In this document: piece after piece, positions 1 through 13,396 of the stretch
Layout of the letters: every line of letters starts with the position of its first letter
Numbering within the stretch: position 1 is the stretch's first letter
Assembly: GCA_965153285.1 (NCBI GenBank)
Contig: OZ229112.1
Strand: one strand, 5' to 3'
Source of the DNA: Podarcis tiliguerta
Lineage: Eukaryota
DNA: 64,000 nt
Translations under genes and position numbers: made by a program
The notes under the pieces: generated by a model
What the model saw: the letters and a program-made list of their open reading frames with translations, nothing else
Told to the model about the DNA's origin: nothing
Databases searched by the model: none

Positions 1-390
1 CAGCAGGAGCCACAAAGTTGAAAACTTCGGTGGCAAGAACAGTCACTAAATATTTAGTTATCTAGGCTGGATGCTGGCCAATGTCATTATCTCAATGGGG
101 ACGTCCAAACGATTCAAATAGCCTGACAGTTAGATAACATGCCATCCAACTGTGCTGGGTATCAGTAAGTTAAAAACTCAGATAATGTCAGTAATTACTG
201 AGGAAAATGAAAAGTTTAATTTTCAGTGACATTTCTTTTTGCATGTAGGGCAAAATATTTCAGAATATGTTGAACTTGAAGATCATTCTCTGAGGATGGT
301 CTGAAGTAACATTTTCTCTGAAGTCAAGTAGATCCAAATCTGATCCGGCTTAGTGATCACCAAAGAACTCATGTATGCTGCTCTGAACTG

Positions 391-640
391 CATTATTATT
401 ATTATACCACCCTATACCCACTGGTGTATGAAGGGGGGCAGGGGAGCGCACTGCCGCGCAACCCTGGACGCACACCACGCCCCATGGGCGACACACCACA
501 CCCCCAAAGGTGACGCATCACGCCCCCGGGGGGCGCGCCAGCCACGCACCCACCTGTTCTCCGCTCCGGGGGCTGCAGCATGCTGCTCTGCCACTGCCTA
601 TACCCGTAGGTTTCAGGGCAGTTCACAGAATAAAATCAAA
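391..640 (-). mobile_element. L2-like LINE 3' tail remnant, interrupted by a hAT MITE
   Basis: Minus strand reads TGTGAACTGCCCTGAAACC...GGGTATAGGGTGGTATAATAATAAT, a typical squamate L2 3' end with (TAA)n tail; split at 419-596. Confidence 0.5.
419..596. mobile_element. hAT-type non-autonomous DNA transposon (GC-rich MITE)
   Basis: Perfect 8-bp TSD CCTATACC (411-418 and 597-604); degenerate CAGTGG-type termini (CACTGG...CCACTG). Confidence 0.8.
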
Positions 641-1424
641 ATATAAAACCACAAAATACACAATCAAAAACAACCCAATAACCCCCCCACCCCAAACACA
701 TTTTAAAAGGGTATAGGATCCTCAGAATATTTAAAGTAAGACAATTAACAAACCTGGACAAGAACCACTCTTTGGAAAGACCATGATCTCAGAAATGTCT
801 GCAGCAATATTTATTGGCAACCAAATTGGCCGGGTGCCTTTCTGAGACAAAGACAAAAATAGCTTTGAAATAAGAGTGGGAGGTGGGGGAAATTAGCTTT
901 GGTTGTTGAGCAGATGTAATACTAGTGCTTCATCTTCCGCAAGGGAAAGGCCTCTATCTAATGTTGCAAACGAGTTTCATCTTCTTTCTTCTAGAGCGGT
1001 GGAGTACAAATCTTATGAAGAAGCAATAATTGATGTTATCTCATTCTGTCCCTGGCACTCTATACCAGAAAGGGCCAAAATTCTATGAAAGAGTAACAAT
1101 TCTTCAATGTTCTTCAGAACATCTGCTACCCTTCCTGTGCAAGAAACCCTGCATAGAGTTCTCTAAGGCTGGAGAGGAAGGATAGTAATTTCAGAGAATG
1201 GAAGGCGGCACTGCTGTTTATGGTGAGTACACTCATTTATTTCTAGAAATTTATACGCTGCTTCCTCAAGGAGCTCTCTAGTCAACGTACATAGTAAAAC
1301 TCTAGATAAAACACAGCTAAAACCCACAATACTATTAAAAACAAATACACATAGCATAATGATCATTAAAAGACAGAGGCGCCATCTGTGCTATACATTT
1401 GAAGAAGTACCATACAACTTTCTT

Positions 1425-1615
1425 AGAAGACTGCTATTCCCCTCACAGAGCTATAATTACCAGTGTGGTTTAAAAATCAACCCTTCTTCCCAAGGAACTC
1501 TTGGAATTGTAACTCTGTGAGGGGGATGGGGTCTCCTAACAACTCTCAACACCCTTAACCAACTACAGTTCTCAGGATTCCCTGGGGAAACCAGGACTGT
1601 TAATGTGGTATAATG
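1425..1615. repeat. Degenerate interspersed repeat (MITE-like)
   Basis: Internal inverted segments (CCCCTCACAGAGCTATAATT / AATTGTAACTCTGTGAGGGG); a related inverted fragment lies at about 14390-14500. Confidence 0.45.
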
Positions 1616-2294
1616 GGGCCTCATTGCACTGGCAGCTCTGACGATATGGTCCGCATCAAACCCCTGCAGCTTCTGTTAGGTCAGAGCTTGCAATGGAGCA
1701 AAAGATCTGTCAATGTGGATAATGTAAGATGCAAGCCTACACCCTCTTACTTGGAAGTAAGCCCCATTTCATGAAGTGGGACTTCCTTCCGAGTAAGCAC
1801 GAATGGATAATATTTTACACCTATTTCAACTCTCTTTAAAAGAATTGTCTCTCACCTTAAATGCAACGGATACTAAAATGTCTTTAAATGCTTGTGAAGT
1901 AAAAATCCTCCACTGAAGAAACTGACAAAATTACTGTACATAGTTTTCAACCATGTGCTGAGTTCAGCTCATCTATATATTTAAAAGCAAGAAAATGGGC
2001 TTTTGTGGAGATCACTGTTCTGTTAATGGCATTTTGTTAATGACACCTTCACCTGTAAGAAATTTAAAACCCCCGCCCAGTTTCTTACACATATTTCTGA
2101 TCTCTGCAAACAAACATAGAACAAGTCCATTTGCTTTAAACTAGGCTTGCACTAAACTTTGGTCTCATTGGTTTTGGGGTCAAAAATACTCCTTTAGGAG
2201 GTAGGGGAAAACATATATGACAATATGCAGCTTTTTAAGCCTTTTTGTTGTTATTAAAGCCTGTTTGCTACATTTATTTCCTCTATCTTCTAAT

Positions 2295-2646
2295 TAAAGG
2301 TAAAGGGACCCCTGACCAATAGGTCCAGTCATGGCCAACTCTGGGGTTGCAGCGCTCATCTTGCTTTATTGGCCAAGGGAGCCGGCATACAGCTTCCGGG
2401 TCATGTGGCCAGCATGACTAAGCCACTTCTGGCAAACCAGAGCAGCGCACGGAAACGCCATTTACCTTCCCGCCGAAGTGGTACCTATTTATCTACTTGC
2501 ACTCTGACGTGCTTTCAAACTGCTAGGTTGGCAGGAGCAGGGACCGAGGAACGGGAGCTCACCTTGTTGCGGGGATTCAAACTGCTGACCTTCTGATCAA
2601 CAAGTCCTAGGCTCTGTAGTTTAACCCACAGCACCACCCGCATCCC
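2295..2646 (-). mobile_element. Sauria SINE (Squam1), full length, subfamily A
   Basis: tRNA-derived head at the right end, (ACCTTT)n tail at the left; near-identical to the copies at 27831, 37532 and 62825; TSD CTCTA(T)CTTCTAATTA on both sides. Confidence 0.95.
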
Positions 2647-2844
2647 TCTACTTCTAATTACTACTTCATTATTCTTCCTGAGTCAGTCATGTGGGCAGTA
2701 CCAGCCAATCAGGATTATTTAATGAGCAGCTGATGTCACAATCCTTGTAACCAATCACAATTTGACTATATAACTTAAGGAAATCAACTGTGAAGAAAAT
2801 GTGATTTGGATCAGTCACATGGACAATTAAAGATCATGTAGAAA

Positions 2845-3003
2845 CATAGGTGCCAACTCCCTGGGTCCCTTGGTGCCCAAGCACCCACAAAATTCCCCAC
2901 AAAGGGGCCAGGCACCCGCAAATTTTGGTGCCAGGGCCAGGCATGCTGCCTGGCACCCACGGCCCTGGGCACTCACGGTCATGTGGCCACACTGGTACTC
3001 CTG
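2845..3003. mobile_element. Old hAT-like MITE (CATAGGTGCCAACTCC terminus)
   Basis: Same terminus type as the element ending at 13396; internal GGCACCCAC repeats; flanks TGTAGAAA / CATGGAAA fit a CpG-decayed 8-bp TSD. Confidence 0.55.
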
Positions 3004-3862
3004 CATGGAAACACTAAATAGCTGAACAGGTTTGGCTACATGAAGGACAAATTCAGATACAGTAACTCAGAAAGAGAGAGAGAATGCAATACAAATAAGT
3101 AAACAAGCATTTTTAGGAAAGTGGGGGGCCTTTTATGATGCCAAAAACATTTGCAAAATACACAGAGTCATTGCAGTGCAACTCTAGTTTATATCATCTG
3201 CCTACAATAGTAATCAGAAACATAGATTACTCTTGAGATCCTTCAAAATTCTTTCCACGAGTAATATACACTGGGCAATTCTTATCTACATTCATTTTTG
3301 CATGCATGTTATACTCAGAATTCATCTTCCTTTATTTGGAGAACATCAGGAATATAATATACAAGGCACAGGTGATGGGGTGTAAGCACAATTAGACCAT
3401 CTCTTTTTCTCATGGGATCTCAGTATCAAATGAGTTGCTAATGAGTTGCAGAGATTGAGCAGAGAATAGGAAAGTTATTTTGCCCCCAAGCACTCTACAA
3501 TAGCTTTCAGTGGAACTGTTGGGGATCCCAGCCCCCACCCGCCCACCCAACAACTTCAAAGAAATGAATGCAAGGCCTTCAGAGCCCTGTTGCATCAGAC
3601 CAAATAGCCACTAGTTCAGCAATATATTTGCACAGTGGCCCACCAGACACTTTGGAGAACTTCTCAAGCAGGAGAGTGATGGCAGGGGAGAAAGGGTTAA
3701 ACTCCTGTTCCCCAGCCTCTGTAATCCCGATAAGTACCAAACCCCTGCAGCAACTTCTATTTGCATTTTTGTTAACCAAGAAAAAAAATAGCATCATGTG
3801 TGATTTGCCAAGGTATAAGAAATCTGACAGAATTTAAAGTTTAGCATTGCACATATACCAAA

Positions 3863-3986
3863 GGGGCTGTATCCGTGGCTAATCCTTCTCGGAGTAGACC
3901 CACTCAAATTAACTCAAATGGCAAACTTTGGTACATTAGTTTCAGTGGGCCTCTTGCGAGCAAAAAAAACATAGTTGGCTGCAGCC
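3863..3986. repeat. Short degenerate palindromic repeat (MITE-like)
   Basis: Inverted ends GGCTGTATCC...GGCTGCAGCC with an internal inverted ACCCACT/AGTGGG; similar relics at about 10460-10570 and 62210-62330. Confidence 0.4.
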
Positions 3987-5456
3987 TGTGGTGTTTCAAT
4001 TTTGACCTAACTAGTGCTTGAAGAGAGTTAATAAATTTTCACTTCCGCATTATGCAAAGATTCTCAAGCCAAGTGGCTGCCAGAAATATTACAATAAACA
4101 CCATTAGCATCACTTCATAGACTGATAATGCCTTCATCTAGAGTGGTCAAGAGGCAGCATGAAACATTGTCCTAAATTGATACCAGCTGCTTCTTGCCAT
4201 CTTATATGAGCTCCCCTAACCTACTGCCCAATCAAACGAGGATTTTAAAATGCAGCATCTGGTGCATATTAGTCGTGATTCATATATTAGCATAAGCGGA
4301 TGCCAGAATCAAGGAAACCCTGCACTTATTTGGCTAGAACAATGCTGCAGCAAAATTCTGCTCAGTGATCTGGTGACTGGACACTGTTGCTTAGGAACAC
4401 TTATGATCAGAGAACTTAAGGTGTTTTGTCTGCAAGCGCATGATCTCCCCCAGTTTCTCATCAAGACAAAGGCACTACAATATGTTTGACACAATCACTA
4501 CACATGCCGTCATCATGGATGTATTTGGGTGGGTGGGCACTCGTGATAGCAAGGCCAACTCCCCAATATGCCTTCACCTCCACTGAATTATCTGTACAGT
4601 GTCCCAAGTGTACACATAGGTGAAAAACTGAGGCAGCCACAAAAGGATTGGATTCGACTGTTTAGATTAAGTGTAATTGAGGAGAAAACAAAAAGCAAGT
4701 GTCTAGAATTCCCCTCTCCTATTGCCTCTTTCCTCTGCCCCCCAAAAAGCCTTCTTGAAAAAAATAATTCTGAATTCTGAATGACCTTGAAAACATTAAG
4801 GAATGATAGATCAATAGCCGCAAAGGGGGAAACAGTTTGACATTTGTAGATTAAAGAAATCTCTATCACCCTCTTGGCATGAGAAAATATATCCAATGGT
4901 GTCGAAATCAGACAAATGTCCTGTTCAGATTATCCTTAAACTGCACTCTTCCAGTCCAGTTTTCTTGGAAAGCATGGTTTAAGAAACCTGGGGCGGGGGG
5001 AGGGGTTGCCAAAGTTGGTGGTTTGAGGGAAGGGCAAGAAGAGGACAATGGGCACATAGTTCATTTCCAGTAAAGAAAGAAAAAGAAAAAACCTTGGTTT
5101 ATTGGATCTGAATTGTTAAGTCAGAATCCATATGAGGGAAGGAAGCAAAATTGGGAATCTAATGCTTAATGAATCTTGTCTGCATTCTAGGTGGCTGTAT
5201 AAGATATATTCTTTAACCTCTCTTTGACACTACATGTGGGTACATAAAATTTTCTAAGCGTATGCCAGGATATTCTGCCTGGCCAGATGAAACCTTTATA
5301 ATTGTTATATGCCTGGGATAGCAGGTTTACTTAAGCATCAGGAAGGGCGGTTGCTGTTAAAATGAAACAGAAGTGAGAGGAGGAAAAATGTGTACACAGA
5401 ATCAGTCAAAAGCATGCATGGTGGCAGGAAAAGCAAGGCAGGCAGAAGCAGAAATA

Positions 5457-5704
5457 CAGTGGTGCCTCGCAAGACGAAATTAATTCGTTCTGCGAGTTTT
5501 TTCATCTTGTGATTTTTTTCGTCTTGCGAAGCACCACTGTGTATTGACGGTTTCCCATAGGAATGCATTGGCAGTTTTTAAAAAAAGGCGCAAGACGTTT
5601 TCGTCTTGCGAAGCAAGCCCATAGGGAAATCCGTCTTGCGAAGCAACTCAGAAAACGAAAAACTCTTTCGTCTTGCGAGGCATTCGTCTTGCGAGGTACC
5701 ACTG
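5457..5704. mobile_element. Tc1/mariner-pogo (Tigger-like) MITE, GCAAGACGA family
   Basis: TA TSD on both sides; TIR CAGTGGTGCCTCGCAAGACGAA / TTCGTCTTGCGAGGTACCACTG; five CGTCTTGCGA motifs in the forward direction. Confidence 0.92.
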
Positions 5705-6594
5705 TATAGCAGAAGTGGTGGCTGCTCAGTAGTGGCAGCTGATGCCATACACGAGTGAGTCCAAGGCCTAGGTAGCACAATGTTGATGGCATATCCTGCC
5801 ATGACAAAACAGGTAGAGTTTTCGGTACAATCATAACACTATACCATGCTGCACAGCCTTTCTGTATGTTCTCAGTAATGTCATCATTAAATAGCTGGCT
5901 TTTGTTGGTATATTTTCCTTGTTTTCCTTGTTCAAAAACAAAACCTAGAGTGGCCCCAGAAGCTATCACATTACATGTATTAATGTAATGCTTCCACTGA
6001 AATACTAAATAATGGACATTTGGGAATGGCTCTACTAGGATTCTACTGCTACCAGATTACCTACTAGGAATTGTAAAAGAGTAAGATAACTCATCCCAAA
6101 TAATTATGGATATTTGTTATAGCTAATTCCCTAAGATATGAAATATATATTTTCAAATCTTTTACATAATACATCAATGTCTTTATCATTTTGTGCCTAC
6201 CATATTTGTGAATGACTTCTGCCCTTTTAGGCAGAAGCAATATTTAAATCTGTTCTCCATAACCAGGACTTTTGCCATGCATTTCATGTTACTCACCCAG
6301 GCCAGTTGCAATTGAATTAATTACTTCACTTGAGATTGCTTTTGATCCACTAGCCATATTGACTTTCTCCTTATCTGAGGTTTCATCTGTCTCCTGCTGT
6401 AGTATTGACTTTACTAAACCTTGATTGAGGGAATCTATTAGGCATTTTTAGCATTTAGTAGCCTGTCAAGTACATTTTTTGTTTAGCTCGTTTTGCCATT
6501 TAATAATACCCATGTCAGATATAATTCCACTGTCACTGTTATAATGGAACGGAGGGGGTCAGTTTTTGCAATAGCTTATTTCCTATTTAGCCTA

Positions 6595-6642
<48 letters not shown>
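6595..6642. repeat. Compound microsatellite (AC)8(AG)16
   Basis: Read directly from the sequence. Confidence 0.97.
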
Positions 6643-6645
<3 letters not shown>

Positions 6646-6835
6646 CCCTTAAACATTGAGACAATAAGAAATAACTAGGAGGATACAAATGGCTTTCAGG
6701 ATGCTTGTTGCAAAAACACCAGTTCCTTATTCTTATTATTAAAATGAAAAATGGGAAATAATTTGATAACACCTAGTTAACCTAACAAACTCCTCTACCT
6801 CATGTTTCCACTAGCGAAAAATAGATTAAGAAAGT

Positions 6836-6840
<5 letters not shown>

Positions 6841-6874
<34 letters not shown>
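6841..6874. repeat. (AC)17 microsatellite
   Basis: Read directly from the sequence. Confidence 0.97.
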
Positions 6875-6878
<4 letters not shown>

Positions 6879-7748
6879 CAACAACACACAGTCATGGCAT
6901 GGTCATGAGACTACAGACACATTTATCAAGTCAGTGGTCTTCCTTTCTATATTATGTCACATGGTTGCTTACATATTGTTCCTTGGGGGATCTGATTTCT
7001 GTATGAAGCACAGAGGAAACGTTTTGATTGCCATCCGTTCTAACTCAACTAGGTTTCCCTTGTTTTAAAGCATGCGTCCACTTTTCACCCTGTCATAATC
7101 ATTTGCTGCTGGGTAGCTTGAGTGAATTTTGAGATATGTCACAAGTAGTATCTTGTCATCACCTGCCATGGCTCATAGGCCTCAAGGTGATCATGTGTAA
7201 GTGGCCAAGGACCCAAATCTGCCAATAGCCACCTGCTGATTTTTACTTGTAAGAATCTCCATGCACTTCCAGCTTGATTGCCAGCAGGAACACAGGGAAA
7301 TAAATAATTGTTGAAATACCAACACTGTGCATTCTCTTATCCTGCTCACAGATGCATCAATGCATCTAAACAGAAGTGACAGCCGTTTCTCCTTGAGCAT
7401 ATTTAGCACATCTATTCCCTTCCAAGAGCCTTCAAAGATAAACAAATTAAATCTAATCCTTTAGCTTATGTTTGAAGATAATGTTAAGCGTTCTTCTTCC
7501 TTGGTAAGCTGACAATAGTTTTCAGATGCATTTTGCAGGAAGAGAGCAAACATATTCCAAAACTTGCAGGCTCACTGCAAGGGAGAGTTGACGCCTTTAA
7601 TGATGAACTTGCACAAGTCCAGGAATGTTGGCTTCTTGTTTTACAATTATACACTCATAACAATACTGTATTATTTTGATGGGTTATTCTATATATTGTT
7701 GCGCCAACCACTCTGCGACCATCTATGGCAAAAAGAAGTCTATGCATA

Positions 7749-7985
7749 CAGTACCTCGGTTTAAGAACAGCCCTGTTTACCAACTATTTGGTATACAAAC
7801 TCTGCAAAACCGGAAGTAGTGTCCCGGTTCACGAACTTTACCTCGGTCTAAGAACGGAAGCCGAACGGTGGTAGGGCACCGGTGGCGGGAGGCCTCATTA
7901 GGGAAAGTGCACCTCGGTTTAAGAACAGTTTCAGTTAAGAACGGACATCCGGAATGGATTAAGATCGTAAACTGAGGTACCACTG
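7749..7985. mobile_element. Tc1/mariner-pogo MITE, CGGTTTAAGAAC family
   Basis: TA TSD; TIRs CAG(---)TACCTCGGTTTA / TAAACTGAGGTACCACTG; reverse complement is collinear with the 57753 family. Confidence 0.88.
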
Positions 7986-8627
7986 TATTGGAAATGAATA
8001 AATAAATCAGTCCACAAGGAAGGCATGAGCACAATAACACTCTCCCACTCTTGATGCCCAGCGGCTTGTATTAAGAGGAATGGAGCTCAGTTTTTCTGTT
8101 CTCTACCCCCTGAGCCTGGAGAGCCTATGATGTTCATTCTTTGGATCTCTTCCACTTACATAACCTGAAGATTACAATAAATTGCTTGTATAGTAACATT
8201 TGTTTAAAAAGGGGGGGAGATGTTCAGTTTTCTTATGAGCAAGACACATTAACATCCCGTCATTGTCATTTCATTGGATCCTATTATTACAGTGTCAGAT
8301 GAAAACCTGGTGCACGTTTTTTTGCTTTGTTTTGAAAGAGATTACAATGTAGTCTTAAATATCTCTTCCTGTGTGCACAAGAACGAACATAATCCACAAT
8401 TAGCATCTCACTCTCTCAACCCTTCAAGCAGTTTAAATAATCCTCTCCTGAACTGCATGGGAACATCTTCATTAGAATGGATGCTATTGACTGCTCAGAT
8501 TAAACTGTAACATTGGAGGTTGCCGACATGCCTTAAGCCCCGTTTTAATTACAAAAGACAAAATATTCTTTGCAGCTCGGAGGAGTTTACTTTGATAAAT
8601 GATGGTTCACTGATGTCATATGATAGC

Positions 8628-8629
<2 letters not shown>

Positions 8630-8667
<38 letters not shown>
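8630..8667. repeat. (TA)n microsatellite
   Basis: Read directly from the sequence. Confidence 0.97.
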
Positions 8668-8668
<1 letters not shown>

Positions 8669-8949
8669 CCATTTGAACAGCCTTCTGTGAAATGCAAATA
8701 GTTTTAATGGAACAGCAGCTGGGATGGAGAAAAAAATTATCCCATGGATAATTTATACAATTGTGACATATCTCTTGAGTCAAACACATTTAGGGTTCAT
8801 TTGTTTCATTTCTCTTCCAACCCAAAATATCCAATAATTTGTAGAGTCCCACACTGAATTTACTGTGGCCATGGTAAATCAGACTATCTAAAAGATCTCC
8901 CGCCATTCAACAGTAGATGTGAAAATGTAGATGTTTAGTAGATTACTAG

Positions 8950-9210
8950 CTGAACATGAGCCAGCAGGGTAAAATTAAGGACCTGATGCAACCTTAGGCT
9001 GCAATTACTGAAACTTAACATCCAGATCATAATATCACTTCTTTATTCTGCACTGGACAGGGCACTTATGGAGTGATGTGTCCAGTTCTGGGTTCCACAT
9101 TTATGGACATTGAGCAACTAGAATGTGTTCAGTCCTATGAGGAATGCTTGAAAGAGCTGGAGATGCTTATTTGCCATGTAGCAATTTCAGCTAAACATTA
9201 GGGGAAATAG
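8950..9210 (+). mobile_element. Degraded CR1 LINE ORF2 fragment
   Basis: CR1 hallmarks CTGAACATGAGCCAGCAG, TGTGTCCAGTTCTGG, CCTATGAGGAA...TTGAAAGAGCTGG and CTAAACATTAGG, with large deletions. Confidence 0.7.
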
Positions 9211-12151
9211 TCGTTGCACCAGTGGTGATTAGGTGGAGGGGGCAGGAGATGGGACGTGCATGAGTTTGGCTCCTGTGTAGTTCAGCTCAGAGACAAGAAT
9301 GTCAAAACCTGCAATCAATTTAGTGGAGAAAAAGTTTTCCAGTCAATTCCTCTTTACCCCGCCCCCAACAACATCTCTACCAACACTTCAGCCTAGCAGT
9401 CATTAGCATTCATGGTATTTATTTTCTTTTTCAGAGGTAAAACAGGTTAGAAACAGGTGTCACTCAGATGATGAATACAAGCTGCCAGCCTTTTAAACAG
9501 CAGGTACTGAGTTAGCGTTTGGCATTAATTAGCATTTAGAAAGGCTACCCTCTTTCACGATAATGCTGCAAGATAATCTTTGTCCTTTCTCACAAATTAA
9601 AATAGCTATTAAAATGAGCAACGGCACAATGCAAACTAGTAATTGTACCTGCTAAACAAAGCTGCACTGAAACTCCAGAGCGGGAGCAATTTAAGCAACA
9701 AGCTCACAGTCTCAACTTGAAGTTTGAAACTTGATTCACAAATTCACATATAATTTATAACTCCACACAAGGCATCTAACATGGTAATAGATATAGATAC
9801 AGATTTCGCCCAAGCAGAGTTTTCAAATGCTTAACAGCAGCCTTTTCTCTAATCCACTATCAGGCATGCTGAGAAAAAGACAACAAAGTTTCTTTATACA
9901 TGCATGTAAATACAGCCAGGTCATTAAAATATCTCCAAAGATTCCATCACCAATAGCTGTTTCAGCAGCACATCAAGGCCTACATAACTCTAGGGTTGGT
10001 TTGTTTTTAAAAAACCCAAAAATAAAAACCCAAATCTCTTGCTTCTATGCACCATTTGAATTAAATTGCAAACATACTTTTAAAAGCAGAAAAATGATTG
10101 ATATCAGAATTTGAATAAGTGACCATCTGTCAGCAGCCAAGCGGTGTTTCAAGCACATTATCCTTCCTCCCCAAGAATACAAATGTTGGTGCTAATTAAA
10201 AGGCATATTAGTGCTATCTGCAGGCAATGTCTAAGCTTCTATGCAGAGTGCAGGGAATGCGCTGGGTGGGGTGAGGTAGTTACAAATAAAAACAAATGGA
10301 CCCTCCAAAATGAATGTACCCCAGTTGGATAATTTGGGGTCTGTTATAGCGACAGGGCTGCTATAACATTATTTACAGTTGAACACATCAGCAATTCAGT
10401 AATTGGTGGGTTATGAGACAAGTCAAAGATGGGATGGTGATAATATGCCACTTAATGGTTTCAGTCCAGAGCAAGTTAGATGAAATCAATAGGGTGTAAA
10501 GTAAGTGAAGCTAACTCAGTGAAGGGTATTCAGTGGGAGTTAAGTATGAATACTTCTTGGACACACTGTTCTATGGCCAACAGTAAGAGATGATGGGATT
10601 TGGATTCTAACATCTAAAGGACCACAAGTTCCCTACCCCTGCTCTGACTCTTTAAACCTTCATTTGCTTCTTCAAGAAGGTCAGGCCAAACTTGGACCAT
10701 CTTACCTGCCTCTGTCTTCAGTCTTCACCCCTTTCCTCTACAACTTGACCTGTGCCAACTTGGAATGCATGACTTGACTCTGGCCCCTCAGACGAACATA
10801 CAAAAATCCCCATGGAGCTTGAAACTTGACCAGTGTGGGACCTGAAATCCACTGGGCACTCACAAGAAATGAGAATCCAACTTTCCCCTGTGTTTTCCTC
10901 TTCCTCCCTCCATCTACAATGTCTTTGAATTTACACTTGTCTGCTATGCAGAATATCAAAGGGTCAACAAAGTTGTGACATGTTGCCAAGGACTGAATGT
11001 CTCAAGTCCCACCACATACACCCCAAAACACACTAGTAAAACCTAAAGACAATCTTATGGACACTCAGAACTAATGGACAAGCCCTTCATGCCGGAATTC
11101 ATAATCCTGTAAACGAGCCTTTAGGTAACAGTTTTCTCAAGAACTATGCAGTTTTCACAAGAGGAAAATCCTGAAAGATATGAAGTAACTTTCTCCCCTT
11201 CAGTTAGATTTTTATTTTTATTTTTTTGTAATGGAATAGAGATTGTAACAAACAAAACTGACCAAAGTCTTCCGTTTGTGTTTTTTGAAATTACACTTTT
11301 TACTGATTCATGTCTTTGGTTTTCTTATGGAGTTTTTCCCTTTTCTGCTTCATAGCATTTTGGAAAAAGAAAACTTTCTCCCTAAGAACTGCTGCTAAGT
11401 CTGCCACCAACTCTACAGTGTTATTTTAGACACAAAATCACACATTAGAAACCAGCAATAGTTTATAAAGTGAGGAATTCACAGAATCATAAAACACATC
11501 TATTGACAATGCTAGTCTGAGTGAGAAAGTCAACTCATGTTTGCATAATTTAGCTTCAATACTGAATTCAGAGTTTCAATAAAACATAACTCCATGCTCA
11601 GCATAAAGGTTATTTGATTAAAAAATACTGGAAAAAGTCTGTTTACCGTCCTTTTTATTACATCGATAGACATCCTCTGCAATATCACAGAAAAAGCAGC
11701 AACAAAAAAGTTTGCTTGCCATATGATATATTACACAGAGAGAAACATGATTCAGGCCCTTCTTGCAGAAGCAGCAGCTTAACTTTTGCATAATGCATCT
11801 GAAATCCATGCTTGCTAAACAAATCACTGCGATCAGATCAAGGAGGTGCCTATTTATAACACACAATAAATATTTTATGGGCTCTTAGAACAACAGAATT
11901 AGACTTGTGTACAATAAAACCTGAAATACTTATTGAAATAAATATAAGGAAACACAAAGCACCTTCCTTCTGTCTTTATAATAGTTTGGGAGCATTGCAA
12001 AAACAGAGGTGTGTAAAGATTTTTCCAACTTCCTCCAAAGCAGAAGGAGATTGACACTACAACTCTGCACTCAGAAATAAGTCTCACTGAGTTCAGAGGA
12101 GCCTGCTCCCAGCTAACTGCATTTGATTTGCAGCCTGTGTGTGGCCTGGGA

Positions 12152-12475
12152 CAGGGGTAGGCAACCTAAGGCCCATGAGCCGGATGCGGCCCAATCGCCC
12201 CCTCAATCCGGCCCACGGACGGTCCGGGAATCAGCGTGTTTTTACATGAGTAGAATGTGTCCTTTTATTTAAAATGCATCTCTGGGTTGTTTGTGAGGCC
12301 TGCCTGGTGTTTTTACATGAGTAGAATGAGTGCTTTTATTTAAAATGCATCTCTGGGTTATTTGTGGGGCATAGGAATTCGTTCAATTTCCCCCCCCCCA
12401 AAATATAGTCTGGCCCACCACATGGTCTGAGGGATGGTAGACCGGCCCATGGCTGAGAAAGGTTGCTGACCCCTG
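12152..12475. mobile_element. hAT MITE (CAGGGGT TIR)
   Basis: Perfect 8-bp TSD GCCTGGGA; TIR CAGGGGTAGGCAACCT / AGGTTGCTGACCCCTG; internal direct repeat of about 60 bp (GTGTTTTTACATGAGTAGAATG...). Confidence 0.95.
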
Positions 12476-12899
12476 GCCTGGGACATTGTACTGGCCTGAA
12501 AGGGTAGATGTGTTTTCCAGTGTAAGGATCACAAGGATGGGACTTACTAGCATCTTTAGTGGATGAAGGCGAGGATAGCTTTTACAGGAAATAGGCTGGC
12601 CCCTCTTCAGTTTCGCCTCGCCGAGACCCCTGCACTCCTCCCCGAGGTTCTTATTACTCCCTGGGCTCCCCTCCTGCCAGTGTGAATTTGCCCCAACCAA
12701 GATCCAAAGGGGGTCCCTCCAATTGGCCTTTCTGTCACAGGGCAGCGGAGCGGGAGGGAGTGCTCAACTGGTTGGCAGTTGCACCCCTACGAATCTTGCA
12801 CCTGGTGCAACAGCCCCTCTCACCCCAACATCACTACCCCACTGCTGCTGAGCAAGGCTCAGGATGGAGTCAGATGTCCTTGAGAACTTGTCCTCTAGC

Positions 12900-13396
12900 C
12901 AGGGGTGTCAACTTGAATAAAATATGGGGGGCAGTAGACCCCACCCCACATAATCAATCACAATATGGGCACATATGCACCATATGAGGGACGTGGGTGG
13001 TGCTGTGAGTTAAACCACTGAACCTAGGGCTTGTCGATCAGAAGGTCGGCGGTTCGAATCCCCACGACGGAGTGAGGTCCCGTTGCTCGGTCCCTGCTCC
13101 TGCCAACCTAGCACTTCGAAAGCACGTCAAGTGCAAGTAGAGAAATAGGTACCGCTGTGGGCGTTTCTATGCATTGCTCTGGTTCGCCAGAAGTGGCTTA
13201 GTCATGCTGGCCACATGACCCGGAAGCTGTACGCCGGCTCCCTCGGCCAAGAAAGCGAGATGAGCGCTGTAACCCCAGAGTCGGCCATGACTGGACCTAA
13301 TGGTACCTTTACCTTATATGCACCTATGAGTGGCTGGCACATTTTATTGGGGGGGGGGGGCAAAGGGATGTCAGTCCCTAGGAGTTGGCTCCTATG
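12900..13396. mobile_element. Old hAT-like MITE carrying a nested Sauria SINE
   Basis: Imperfect TIR CAGGGGTGTCAACT / AGTTGGCTCCTATG; similar flanks CTCTAGC / CTCTGGAC. Confidence 0.5.
12988..13315 (+). mobile_element. Sauria SINE, subfamily A, small internal deletions
   Basis: GGGACGTGGGTGG head, B box GGTTCGAATCC, ACCTTT tail; TSD ATATGCACC(A)TATGA. Confidence 0.95.

Noticed and set aside
5500-5704. CGTCTTGCGA repeats as a CRISPR-like array
   Set aside because: Repeats are about 10 bp with irregular spacing, inside a TIR/TA-bounded MITE in a vertebrate genome.
10984-10998. GCCAAGGACTGAATG match to LF-SINE
   Set aside because: Only 15 nt; the flanks do not follow the LF-SINE consensus as I recall it.
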